From: Desulfosudaceae bacterium
Lineage (GTDB): Bacteria > Desulfobacterota > Desulfobacteria > Desulfobacterales > Desulfosudaceae
Reading direction: 5' to 3'
Length of the DNA: 64,000 nucleotides
NCBI GenBank assembly: GCA_963674745.2
Contig: CAXXDV010000003.1
Location: 2,496,001-2,560,000, forward strand
Within the stretch, counting starts at the first letter, position 1, and each line of letters starts with the position of its first letter. A program made the position numbers and the translations under genes. This document shows positions 37,383-47,230 of the stretch, piece after piece. The notes under the pieces were generated by a model. It was not told where the DNA came from. It ran no database searches and saw only the letters and a list, made by a program, of their open reading frames with translations.

Positions 37383-37536
37383 ACAGGTCTGTGAAACCTT
37401 GCGGTCTGAACCCGGGTCGGTTCTGAGCTTTTCCTTTGTCTGGCTCACATCTTAAAGCTATGTTTTTACGCCCAAAAGGCCCTTTTAAGCCTGTTTTCCC
37501 CATGTTCTTTGGCAAAATAAGGCTTAAGAGGAAGGC

Positions 37537-38796
37537 CTATTGCTCAATAGAATAGGGGTTTAGAAACTGCCGTCTCCAAAGAAGATTCTTGTCCACTTCA
37601 TTCAACCTGGCTTCTTCACAGACGGCTTCCCAATGCTGTTCGATAGCGGCAGTCAGGCTACCGAATGTTTCGCGGGCTTCTTCCTCAGAAAGAAGGAAGT
37701 TGTGCGCGGCCTCAAGGCACGTTTTGAGTCGGCTCAGATTGTTGTCGCCGGAAATGAGCATAGCCTGTGAAGCCTCATTGCCTGTGCGGCCTTGCGGGCA
37801 AATATCATAAGCAGGCGTCAGGGTCAGTGCGTTGCCGTCCCAAAACGCCGCGTGGTTTCGCGCATGGTCGTCGGTATTGCCGCACAGAATATTAAAGACG
37901 AGCCGGGAGAACAGCTCTTTTAAGGTATGCTTCGGGTCGGTAAAACGGTGGCGGATAATTTCGGATAACGTTTCATAGCTGGCGTACCGCGCCCTCATGT
38001 CATCTAAGCCAAGCAGCGTCAGAGCGGAGACCATGGCCTTTCGTGCCCACTGGTCACCTTTTGGCACACGGTCAAAGCGTTCGATCAAGAGAACGTCTTT
38101 GTTTGCCGCTTTGGCAAGCTTTACCGGCGCGGCATTCAGCCCGGCCAATTGGGCCAACCGCATGGCGATGAATTCAGCTTTAACGACGCTGTACAGATCG
38201 GTGCTGGATGAAAATTTGGCTACGTACTTTTTGCCCTGGTCTTGAATTAAGGCTTTAGGACGAGCGCCGCCGATAGAGCTGCCATGGAACAACGCCTGAT
38301 CCAACTCCGGTGTGAGAGGCATGCCTTTTTCGACCCGTTCCGCGGATTCCATTAATTCTTCCAGGCTGACGATATTAGCGGTACGCGGCACGTACGCTAT
38401 AGGGGAGCGCTGAAAATCAAGCGCACCGATCCGGTCCGAGCCAGACTCCAGCAGGTAGGTCAGTTCATCCAGTTCTGCTGTATCTGTTCCCGCACCCTTA
38501 AGCCCCAACGTTTTGTTGATAATCACACGCCGTCCCCACGCGTCGGGCGCGGCATCCCTGATACAGCCGGGCATGGTCAAGTCATCGATCAAGGGCAACA
38601 GCCCGGCCTTTAGCGGCAATTCGGGTTCGTAAATCGCAATCGCCGGTTTGCTGTCACCGATACGATCCAGGTAGCTTTTACCATAGTTGAACAGGATTTT
38701 ACCGTTATCCGCTTCAAGCCGTCCGGCCACGACAGGCTCGGTTTCGTCCGGCAGCCATATCCAGACAAAGGCTTCTTTCTCCGTATTAGAAGTCAT
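37537..38796 (-). CDS. hipA: HipA-family kinase toxin
   Basis: PDAWGR, GSSIGGARPK, LLIERFDR, GNTDDHARNH, LTPAYD. Confidence 0.92.
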   Translation of the reverse strand: MTSNTEKEAFVWIWLPDETEPVVAGRLEADNGKILFNYGKSYLDRIGDSKPAIAIYEPELPLKAGLLPLIDDLTMPGCIRDAAPDAWGRRVIINKTLGLKGAGTDTAELDELTYLLESGSDRIGALDFQRSPIAYVPRTANIVSLEELMESAERVEKGMPLTPELDQALFHGSSIGGARPKALIQDQGKKYVAKFSSSTDLYSVVKAEFIAMRLAQLAGLNAAPVKLAKAANKDVLLIERFDRVPKGDQWARKAMVSALTLLGLDDMRARYASYETLSEIIRHRFTDPKHTLKELFSRLVFNILCGNTDDHARNHAAFWDGNALTLTPAYDICPQGRTGNEASQAMLISGDNNLSRLKTCLEAAHNFLLSEEEARETFGSLTAAIEQHWEAVCEEARLNEVDKNLLWRRQFLNPYSIEQ

Positions 38797-39124
38797 CGCG
38801 CATCACTTTGGATTTCTTGCGAACGGATTTTGGCAGGAGCACCAGCTTTTCCCTGGTTTGACGTAAGTATTGCGTCAGTCTGTTTTCGTCTGCATCAAAC
38901 AGCTTGACGCCAACAATGGTTGCCACTTCGAACACGGCTCCGATTTCGCATTTGAGGTTGCCTTTTTCGATGCGTTGCAGCAGCCCTCTGGAAATACCAG
39001 CGCGATCGGCTAATTCCTGAGCGGTGAGCTTGCGCTCGTTACGGGCTTCTCGGATCAACGCGCCGATCAAAGCAGCCGCATCGCGGCTATAGCGTGAGTA
39101 GGTGCGTGTGATGGACTTTGGCAT
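38786..39124 (-). CDS. hipB: XRE HTH antitoxin (HipB-like)
   Basis: LTAQELADRAGISRGLLQRIEKG; overlaps the hipA start. Confidence 0.85.
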   Translation of the reverse strand: MPKSITRTYSRYSRDAAALIGALIREARNERKLTAQELADRAGISRGLLQRIEKGNLKCEIGAVFEVATIVGVKLFDADENRLTQYLRQTREKLVLLPKSVRKKSKVMRDDF

Positions 39125-39228
39125 CGCCTCTCCATTGATTCACATATAGACCATAAAACAACTTAATGATCTTTATATGAACCAAAGATAGGGGGCGCTT
39201 ATCAGTTTGTCAAGAGAAAAAAGATAAA

Positions 39229-39500
39229 GATAAGAACTTGCTTTTATGGTCATTATGTATAGCAAGGACGGCCTTGTGCGTCAATATTTTTTAGGGCACC
39301 ACATGTTGATGGGCCTTTCAGGCGGGATTCGACAGAACATTATCAAAGCGATCACAAGACCCAAAAAAATGTCATGGAAGTGAAAAACAAGGAAAAGCGA
39401 GGGATTTTCAAGACAGCTCTACTGTGTCAGGCGGCCGAAAATATTGGGATTATTCCGCCCAGTAACCATAGTTGGGAACCTGCGACCAAAATCCGTCATC
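39229..39500 (-). mobile_element. third, inverted and diverged IS91-family oriIS end
   Basis: GATAAGAACTTGCTTTTATGG... is the reverse complement of the 31121..31448 repeat. Confidence 0.7.
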
Positions 39501-39653
39501 AGGCGCTTTTCACTTTTTCTGTTTTTTATCTCTTTGATAATGTTCTGCCATATCTCTACCAGGCATCACTTGCCTGCCGCGAATTTCGCAGTCGCAGCCA
39601 TATACCATGAAAAAACGTCTTAACATGACTGATTTTCATGGTATAAACAGCGT

Positions 39654-40556
39654 ATGCTGCCTCGAAAATCCTTACATGATAACCTGAAAAAAGCACTGGC
39701 CCGGTTTCTCATCCTGGGCAGCGCTTCAGGAAATCTCTTACGTCAGACCTCGGAAAGCCTTGCCGGAAGAATGGAGAGAGTCACCATGAGCGGCTTTTCG
39801 CTGGCGGAAATCAGCGAACAAAAAGAGGAACGATTGTGGCTGCGGGGTGGGTTCCCGCTTTCTTATCTGGCCCGGGATGATGCCGACAGCCTGGCTTGGC
39901 GTAAAAATTTTATTCAAACCCTGCTGGAGCGGGATTTTCCGCAATGGGGGGTGCGTGTACCGGCTACGACCCTGCTGCGGTTCTGGTTGATGACAGCACA
40001 TTATCATGGTCAGGTGTGGAAAGCGACCGAACCGGCCCGGGCGCTTGGTGTCAGCGAATCAAGCGTTCGCCGTTACCTGGACATCCTGACCGATGCCCTC
40101 ATGATCCGTCAGTTGCAGCCATATTACGCCAATTTAAGAAAGCGACAGGTCAAGTCCCCCAAAATTTATATCCGGGACAGCGGACTTTTGCATCAATTGC
40201 TCGGTATTGATTCCATGAAGGCCGTGCTCACTCATCCGAAAATTGGTGCATCCTGGGAAGGATTTGTTATTGAACAGATACTGCAATCCGAACCCCATGA
40301 CGAAGCCTTTTTCTGGGCTACCCACCAGGGCGCTGAAATTGACCTGGTCTTACGACGTGGGGGTGACCTTTATGGAATTGAATGCAACCGAACGGATACG
40401 CCCCGAATGACGCCGTCCATAAGGAATGCCATTGCGGACCTGGGATTGAAACATGTACTTATTCTCTACCCGGGAGTGCAGCGGTTTCCGTTATCCGACC
40501 AGGTAGAGGCGGTTCCGGTTCATGACCTCGCCAAAGACAGGCCACTGTTCGTTTAG
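39654..40556 (+). pseudogene. AAA+ ATPase/DUF4143 protein with internal deletion of the Walker A/B region
   Basis: The N-terminus joins directly to RFLILGSAS; LRGGFP, KSPKIYIRDSG and EIDL are present but no GxxxxGKT or DE motif. Confidence 0.75.
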
Positions 40557-40639
40557 CATCATATGTATATAAGACCGGGCACAGCAAATACACACGATCA
40601 TCATTGCAATAGCCTGCTTAACGGATCTTTTTCTTATGG

Positions 40640-41695
40640 TTACAAAAGAGACAAATAATTCTGACGGTACTCACCGGGGGTAAAACCCGTCCATTTTTTA
40701 AAGGCCCGGTTAAAAGCGCTTTGCTCGGAGTAGCCGAGCAGGAAGGTGATATCGACGATAGGTATCTGGGATTGTTCAAGCAGTTGTATGGCGTGCTCTC
40801 TTTTTATCTTATCCAGTATGTCCTTATACTTTACCCCTTCTTTGCTTAGCTTGATCTGCAGGTTTCTTTTACTCATGGCCAGCTGACTGGAAATGGTTTC
40901 GATATCCGTCTTTCCGGAAAGTAAATTGTCAATTATCGCGGCTTCAACCTGTTCGGAAAACAGGTTTTCATGAAATATCTGTTTTTGAAGTTTCTCGGCA
41001 TGGGCCTTAAGTGTATCCAGGATTCCAGCGTTGGCAACCAGCACCGGCAGCGCCACGTATTTTCTATTAAAAGTCATCTTGTTTTCCTGCTGGTTAAACA
41101 GGACAGGACTTTTAAAAATACGATCATGCTCTTTTGTGCTTGCCGGTTGCGGATGAATAAACTGAACGCTGTCAAGCCTGATATGTTTACCGGTCAGACG
41201 GGTTAACAGATTATCATAATAAGCAAAATGGCCTTCGATAAAATGTCGGAGTTCATTCATATCTGTAAGTTCATATTGCAATTCAAGACAGATGGATGCG
41301 GTGCTGCCTTCCTCTGTAAAAACAGGTACGCAGACATCATGTATCAGGGGATAATACTTGCAGAAATTTGTTAATGCTTCACCCAGGGTGGGTGAGTTAA
41401 AGGTGATCACATGCATGGCATCCATAAAGAAATCAAATGCTTCACCCAGGTGCAGCCCGATATCGGGGTCATGAATGAGTTTCAGAACGGCTCTTGCCAG
41501 GTCATGCCCCTGCTCGGCGGGTAACCGCCCATTAGGGGCCTTGAGTAAATTTGAATCAAAACCCACTGTTTTTAAAAACCATTCGGGATCAATACCAAAT
41601 CGATCCCCCTCTTTGACAAGCATATTAATGAAGTCGACCGAAAAACTGGGATTTTTTATGATTTTGGCCTGGCGTCTGGTCAGCTCATTCGTCAT
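40640..41695 (-). CDS. AraC-family regulator (close paralog of 6561..7610)
   Basis: Shared segments such as MHVITFNSPTLGEALTNFCKYYPL and a near-identical HTH. Confidence 0.94.
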   Translation of the reverse strand: MTNELTRRQAKIIKNPSFSVDFINMLVKEGDRFGIDPEWFLKTVGFDSNLLKAPNGRLPAEQGHDLARAVLKLIHDPDIGLHLGEAFDFFMDAMHVITFNSPTLGEALTNFCKYYPLIHDVCVPVFTEEGSTASICLELQYELTDMNELRHFIEGHFAYYDNLLTRLTGKHIRLDSVQFIHPQPASTKEHDRIFKSPVLFNQQENKMTFNRKYVALPVLVANAGILDTLKAHAEKLQKQIFHENLFSEQVEAAIIDNLLSGKTDIETISSQLAMSKRNLQIKLSKEGVKYKDILDKIKREHAIQLLEQSQIPIVDITFLLGYSEQSAFNRAFKKWTGFTPGEYRQNYLSLL

Positions 41696-41765
41696 ATTCG
41701 GTCTCTATTTTATGGTGTGTTGATCGGCTTTCATAAGATACTCTAATGTTTTTTAAATTCATTTT

Positions 41766-41801
41766 TTCACAAAATGTCAAATCATATTCACATTTGGTCA
41801 A
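41766..41801 (+). promoter_or_regulatory. tandem-repeat operator, copy 5, upstream of the GRE operon
   Basis: TTCACAAAATGTCAAATCATATTCACATTTGGTCAA. Confidence 0.8.
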
Positions 41802-42142
41802 GACATAGTGCTCGAATATAATTTAAAATATATATTTAACCGGGCCTTTTCTTTACAAACTGGGATAAGGAATGGAACTCTACTCTCGTGTGATCAGGCA
41901 CCTCGGCACAAACTGCATCGGCGTTTCCAGTGTTCAGAATAGAGCTGTTTAATAACACGACCTTGATTGTTTTTATTTGAATTTAGGAAACGGGGAACAT
42001 TGTTGTTGCCTTAGATTGTTTTATGTGCATAATCAAATATATAGACCGTTTCACGGCAGAAGTGTTTTTTAGAAAGCAGGATGCCGTAAAAGCTTCGTTC
42101 AGGCAAAGCGAATAGTTTGCGACTGCAAATAAGGAGGGTATC

Positions 42143-44863
42143 ATGAGTGTCGGCGCGCAGTCACTTAATGTGGCGAGGACGCCTACCCAAAGGTTGAATG
42201 AGGACAGGATCTACAAAATTGTTCAGCTCAGGGAGGCCGAAGAACCGTCCGTCCATGAACCGGCCAAACAGACACTCAACCCTGATGTCAAGATCTGCCT
42301 TGAGCGGGCCGAACTGGTAACCGCGTCATACCGGCAGACCGAGGGCGAACCCTGGATTATTCGCCGCGCCAGGGCGCTCGCCCACCTCCTGGACAACATG
42401 ACCATTTACATCCTGGACAATGAACTGATCGTCGGAAATTACGCCAGCACGCCTGACAGCCTTCCCACATACCCGGAATTTTCTCACATGTGGCTGGAAA
42501 AGGGCCTGGACAATGAATTCAAGCACACCCTGGACGAGGAAGGAAAGAAGCGGCTGAAGGAGATCAACAGATATTGGGTCAACCACGATGTTGAGCACGT
42601 TCTGTACGAGGTGGTGCCCGATGAGCTGAAAAATCATCTCCACTGGAACGGGGTTGTCACAGGGCCCTGGTTCTGGCCTCTGGGGCACATGGTGCCCAAC
42701 TATCAGGACCGGGTGTTCCCGCTCGGCATCAAGGGCATGCTGGACGAGGTTGACCATTATCGTTCAAAGATATCCGAAACCGACCCCGAATACAGGGAAA
42801 AACTGGATTTTTATGAAGCCTGCGAAATCAGCGCCAGAGCGGTAACAGCCTGGATACTCCGTTATGCGAAACTGGCGCAGGAAAAGGCCGCCCGGGCCAA
42901 TGATGCCAGGCTCAAAGCCGACTTTTTGAAAGTGGCCGGGGTCTGTTCAAACATAGCCGAAAACCCGCCGCAAAATTTTCATGAAGCATTGCAGGCCTTC
43001 TGGTTCTTTCACCTGCTCACAACCCAGATCACCTGGAGTTCAGTGGGTTTGGGGCAACGATTTGACCAGCTCTTTTATTCATATTACCGGAAAGACAAAG
43101 AAGCAGGCCGGCTCACCTATGAGGGTGCGGTTGAACTGTTCGAGCACCTCTGGATCAAGCTTGACGACCTGGGCCAGATCAATCCGACGGAATCCTGTTA
43201 CATCCAGGTGGGCGGGACCAAATTCCAGAACGTAACCATCGGGGGAACGGACGAGTTTGGCAACGACGCCTCCAATGAATTGTCTTTTGCATGTGTCGAT
43301 GCCACCATGAACGTGCGCACCCTTCAGCCGGCACTCTGCCTGCGCTACCACGACAAAATCGACCCCAAACTGGTTGACAAGTCAATAGACTGCATTGTTT
43401 CCGGAATGGGTATGCCCTCGATTTTTAATGATAAAGCCGCCATTAAATACCTTTTAAGCTTGAGCTCCAGCGTATTCAAAGAATTTGAACCCGACCGGGT
43501 GACGTTGGACATGCTGGGGGTAAAGGTGTCGGGTTCCACGCAGGTACTCAGCAGGTCCGGCAGAATGGCAAGAAGGCTTGTCGAAAAAGCCCTGCCGGTT
43601 GCTGTTAAGGAAAAACTCGATAATACGCTTCGTGAGCTGCCATACTTCCTGCTGACCGATGGCGGGAAAACCGGGGCCTTTATTCGAAGCGGACTGAAAA
43701 AGATCGGGATGGATCTTGACCGGTTGCTGGTCATTCCCCGCAGCTGGGCCAGTGTGGCCTGTGTAGGCGCCGGCTTCCCCAACGGCCTGGTTATCCAGGG
43801 GACCCTGACCACAATCATTACCGCCGGCGTATTGAACTTTTTAAAATGCCTGGAGTACGTCCTGTACCAGGGGGTTGATCCGGCAACCGGCAACCAGCTG
43901 GGAATCAGGACGCCCGACCCCAGGACATTTCAGTCCTATGATGAATTTTTGGCCGCCTTTCTCGAACAGCTTAAACACCAGATAAACATGACCGGAAAAA
44001 TTTTCGAGATCGCGGACAGGCTTTACGCGGAAAGGACCCCGCGCCCACTGGAATCCCTGCTCATGAACACACCGGTCATCCGGGGCAAAGATGCGACCCG
44101 TAAAGGTGATTTTGCGGACAGTGAGATATTCACAATGGGGCCGGTAAATGCGGCTGATTCCCTGACAGCCGTAAAAAAACTCGTGTTTGACGACAAATCG
44201 GTTTCCATGGACGAGTTGATTAACGCCTGCCTTGCCGACTGGGAAGAATACGAAGACCTTCACCGTAAATGCCTCGACGTCCCCAAGTTCGGTAATGATA
44301 ACGACTATGCGGATCAGGTATTAAACCAGATGTACATTAAGGCAAACAGAGCGGTTTCCGGTATTAACAATCACCTTGGTGTGCCTTTCCGGCTGGAAGC
44401 GACCCTGGCCGGCGGGTACTTCATCGGCGGCATTTCATGCGGCGCGACGCCTGACGGGAGAAAGAAAGGGGAGACCGTAGCTGACGGTCAGCTCTCGCCC
44501 ATGCATGGGATGGACATGAACGGACCGACCGCGGTCCTCAAATCATGTTCCAAGGTCGATCCCGCCCAAAGCTGGAACCAATTGTGCAATCAAAAGATAC
44601 AGCCCGGGTTTATGAAAGGGAAAAACAGGGAGATGTTCACCCAGTATTTGAAAACCTGGGCTTCTTTCAATAACTGGCATATTCAATTCAACTGCCAGGA
44701 CGCCGAAGCGCTCAAGGACGCGCAGCTGCATCCGGAAAAGCACAAGAACCTTGTGGTCCGCGTTGCCGGTTACAGCGCTCATTTTGTTGACCTTACGCCC
44801 GGCCTGCAGAAAGACATCATCAGGCGCACGGAGCAGGACCTGGGCAGCTTCCGAAGCTGTTAA
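42143..44863 (+). CDS. glycyl radical enzyme (PFL superfamily, unassigned subclass)
   Basis: C-terminal RVAGYSAHF (Gly876), ATPDGR, PKFGND, Cys loop SVACVG (Cys540). Confidence 0.93.
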   Translation: MSVGAQSLNVARTPTQRLNEDRIYKIVQLREAEEPSVHEPAKQTLNPDVKICLERAELVTASYRQTEGEPWIIRRARALAHLLDNMTIYILDNELIVGNYASTPDSLPTYPEFSHMWLEKGLDNEFKHTLDEEGKKRLKEINRYWVNHDVEHVLYEVVPDELKNHLHWNGVVTGPWFWPLGHMVPNYQDRVFPLGIKGMLDEVDHYRSKISETDPEYREKLDFYEACEISARAVTAWILRYAKLAQEKAARANDARLKADFLKVAGVCSNIAENPPQNFHEALQAFWFFHLLTTQITWSSVGLGQRFDQLFYSYYRKDKEAGRLTYEGAVELFEHLWIKLDDLGQINPTESCYIQVGGTKFQNVTIGGTDEFGNDASNELSFACVDATMNVRTLQPALCLRYHDKIDPKLVDKSIDCIVSGMGMPSIFNDKAAIKYLLSLSSSVFKEFEPDRVTLDMLGVKVSGSTQVLSRSGRMARRLVEKALPVAVKEKLDNTLRELPYFLLTDGGKTGAFIRSGLKKIGMDLDRLLVIPRSWASVACVGAGFPNGLVIQGTLTTIITAGVLNFLKCLEYVLYQGVDPATGNQLGIRTPDPRTFQSYDEFLAAFLEQLKHQINMTGKIFEIADRLYAERTPRPLESLLMNTPVIRGKDATRKGDFADSEIFTMGPVNAADSLTAVKKLVFDDKSVSMDELINACLADWEEYEDLHRKCLDVPKFGNDNDYADQVLNQMYIKANRAVSGINNHLGVPFRLEATLAGGYFIGGISCGATPDGRKKGETVADGQLSPMHGMDMNGPTAVLKSCSKVDPAQSWNQLCNQKIQPGFMKGKNREMFTQYLKTWASFNNWHIQFNCQDAEALKDAQLHPEKHKNLVVRVAGYSAHFVDLTPGLQKDIIRRTEQDLGSFRSC

Positions 44864-44898
44864 CCCGAATATTTACCGTCCCTAAAAAACCGTTTACG

Positions 44899-45888
44899 AT
44901 GTTCGACAAATTAAAACGCTTTTCCGGTAATTTTATAAGAACGTCTTCGGGCAAATCCCGTGAACCCGATGTCGCAGGCCGTATTTTTAATATCCAGAAG
45001 TTCAGTATTAACGATGGCCCGGGAATCAGGACCACTGTTTTTTTTAAAGGGTGCCCGCTGCACTGTGCCTGGTGCTCCAACCCGGAATCGATCAATCCCA
45101 ACCCCGAACTGATAACCAACTTTCAGGTCTGCGTCCACTGCAACCAATGCGTCGAGGCATGCACGCAAAACGCCATCATTGTAGAAAATTCCGAAAACAG
45201 CAGACCGGTGAGATCGATCAACCGCGAGAAGTGCAACGCATGCATGGATTGCGTCAAAAACTGTACCTCGGGTGCCCTGCGCTCTACAGGAAGTACTGTC
45301 TCTGCAAAAGCGGTTCTGGAAAAGGTCGAGCAGGACGTACCTTTTTACAACAACAGCGGTGGCGGGATCACCCTCTCCGGAGGCGAGCCCTTGCTTCAGC
45401 CTGAGTTTGCCCTTGCCATCCTGAAGCTCAGCAAGAGAAAAAAAATTCACACGGTTCTGGATACCAGCGGCTACGCTCAGAAAGAAGTCTTCAAAACCGT
45501 GCTGCCGTTTCTTGACCTGGTCATGTTTGACGTTAAGCATATGGATCCGGGAATTCACAAAAAATATACCGGGGTGGACAACAGGATAATTCAGGAAAAT
45601 CTCGGGTACCTGAACGGGAAAGTCAATATCTGGCTGCGCGTGCCTTTGATTCCGGGGTTCAACGATGACCAAGAAACGATTATCAAAATACTGGACCTGG
45701 CCGGGGATCTTTGTATAGAAAAGCTCTTTTTCCTGCCTTACCATCAATGGGGGATCGGTAAGTATTCGGGTTTGGGAAGAACATATACATTATCTGGTTT
45801 GGAGTCCATCCCTGATGAGAAAATTGAAGTTATAAGACATTTATGTAAATCCAGGAAAATCCGCAATTATGATATCGAACAGGGATAA
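44899..45888 (+). CDS. GRE-activating radical SAM enzyme with 2x[4Fe-4S] insert
   Basis: DGPGIRTTVFFKGCPLHCAWCSNPES, CVHCNQCVEAC, CNACMDCVKNC, GGITLSGGEP. Confidence 0.95.
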   Translation: MFDKLKRFSGNFIRTSSGKSREPDVAGRIFNIQKFSINDGPGIRTTVFFKGCPLHCAWCSNPESINPNPELITNFQVCVHCNQCVEACTQNAIIVENSENSRPVRSINREKCNACMDCVKNCTSGALRSTGSTVSAKAVLEKVEQDVPFYNNSGGGITLSGGEPLLQPEFALAILKLSKRKKIHTVLDTSGYAQKEVFKTVLPFLDLVMFDVKHMDPGIHKKYTGVDNRIIQENLGYLNGKVNIWLRVPLIPGFNDDQETIIKILDLAGDLCIEKLFFLPYHQWGIGKYSGLGRTYTLSGLESIPDEKIEVIRHLCKSRKIRNYDIEQG

Positions 45889-46127
45889 TCCGGGCCCCTA
45901 TCATATCTCATTTTTTTACATTCATTTTTTCGCAAGAAGTACAGGGTAATGCAGATAAAAAATTTGCACGACAAAAAGGAATAGCAAAAGTGGCCGTCAG
46001 CAGATCTTTTTTTTGAAGATGATGTCGGAACGGCATGGATAAAATGGTTCATAAATAGTTATTTCCTGCGTTACAGGTAATTTTTTAGGGTAAAAAGAGA
46101 ACCAGAAAACCATTATGCGAAAGGCCT

Positions 46128-47207
46128 ATGACCAGCAAAGCCGAAAAATTACCTTCACCTGAAAAAAATAACGGGTTAAAGACGGATTCACCGAAAACCA
46201 GCGGCGCTTTTCAATCGGGGATAAAAAGAGCCCTGCCCCTGGTCGTGAGCGGCCTGCTCCTTTATTATTATTTTCGCGACCAGGACTGGGGTTCCCTGCT
46301 GGCCGCCGCCGGCAGGGCGGAAATAACAACGGCTGTCCTGGCCATCCTGATCCCCCAGTTAATCATCTGGATTTTTGACGTGTTGATAATCGATCGTCAC
46401 TTTCGCTGGTTCCACGCCCCATTTGACTGGCGCGCTTTCTTCCGGGTGCGCGGCGCCTTCTACATCATCCTTCTCGTCAACTACACCATCGGCGGCGGAG
46501 GGCTGCTGCTTTACCTGAAGCGCAAAACAGGCATGACCTGGGCAAGGTTGATGGGGATCGGCCTGTTCCGTTTCGGGCTGACCATGTTCGGCCTCTGCCT
46601 GCTCCTGATCCCGGCCACACTGGCCATGCAGTATTACGGCCTGGCAGCCAGGGCCCGGCTCAACATGCACCTCTGGTGGGCGGGGCTGATATTCAGCACC
46701 CTGTGGATGATTGAATCATGGACGTACTGGCACCACAAGCGCGGCGCCGGTCTCAGCAGCCTGCTCGCCGGCAACCGGGAAAGCGAGTTCTGGACAGCGT
46801 TTCAGAATGCATCCAAAAGGCAGTGGTTCCTTACCTGGGCCATGGGGCTGCCGCCGATTTTCATCATGCTCTCCGGTGTCTATATTCTGGCACTGGCGTT
46901 CAACATCCGCATTCCCTTGCCGGAATATATTGTCGTTGCGCCACTGATGTTTGTGATTGCAGACCTGCCGGTTTCATTCGGCGGGTTCGGCACCATGACC
47001 ATGGCCTGGTTCCTGTTCTTTGGTGATTACGGGGCAAGCGAAAATATCGCGGCACTGACCCTTTTTCTGCCGACCGTTCGCGCGATCATCAGGGCCGCCA
47101 TAGGGATGGTTTCACTGCCGTTCGCCATGAAAGACATCCCGACGCTGCTCAACGGCGGTATGCAGGGAACAGCGGATCAACCACAGCCGGAACCCGGAGA
47201 AGCATGA
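46128..47207 (+). CDS. LPG-synthase TM/flippase-like membrane protein
   Basis: About 8 TM; LPVSFGGFG resembles the PxxxGGxG family motif. Confidence 0.65.
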   Translation: MTSKAEKLPSPEKNNGLKTDSPKTSGAFQSGIKRALPLVVSGLLLYYYFRDQDWGSLLAAAGRAEITTAVLAILIPQLIIWIFDVLIIDRHFRWFHAPFDWRAFFRVRGAFYIILLVNYTIGGGGLLLYLKRKTGMTWARLMGIGLFRFGLTMFGLCLLLIPATLAMQYYGLAARARLNMHLWWAGLIFSTLWMIESWTYWHHKRGAGLSSLLAGNRESEFWTAFQNASKRQWFLTWAMGLPPIFIMLSGVYILALAFNIRIPLPEYIVVAPLMFVIADLPVSFGGFGTMTMAWFLFFGDYGASENIAALTLFLPTVRAIIRAAIGMVSLPFAMKDIPTLLNGGMQGTADQPQPEPGEA

Positions 47208-47230
47208 GCCGGGCCGGCGTTCCATTTATC

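Noticed and set aside
42143..44863. Calling the GRE pflB, assA/bssA or cutC
   Set aside because: It lacks the CC pair (PFL), the CMSP loop and small subunits (Ass/Bss), and the GCVE loop (eliminases)
44911..45747. 278-aa antisense ORF
   Set aside because: Shadow of the GRE activase
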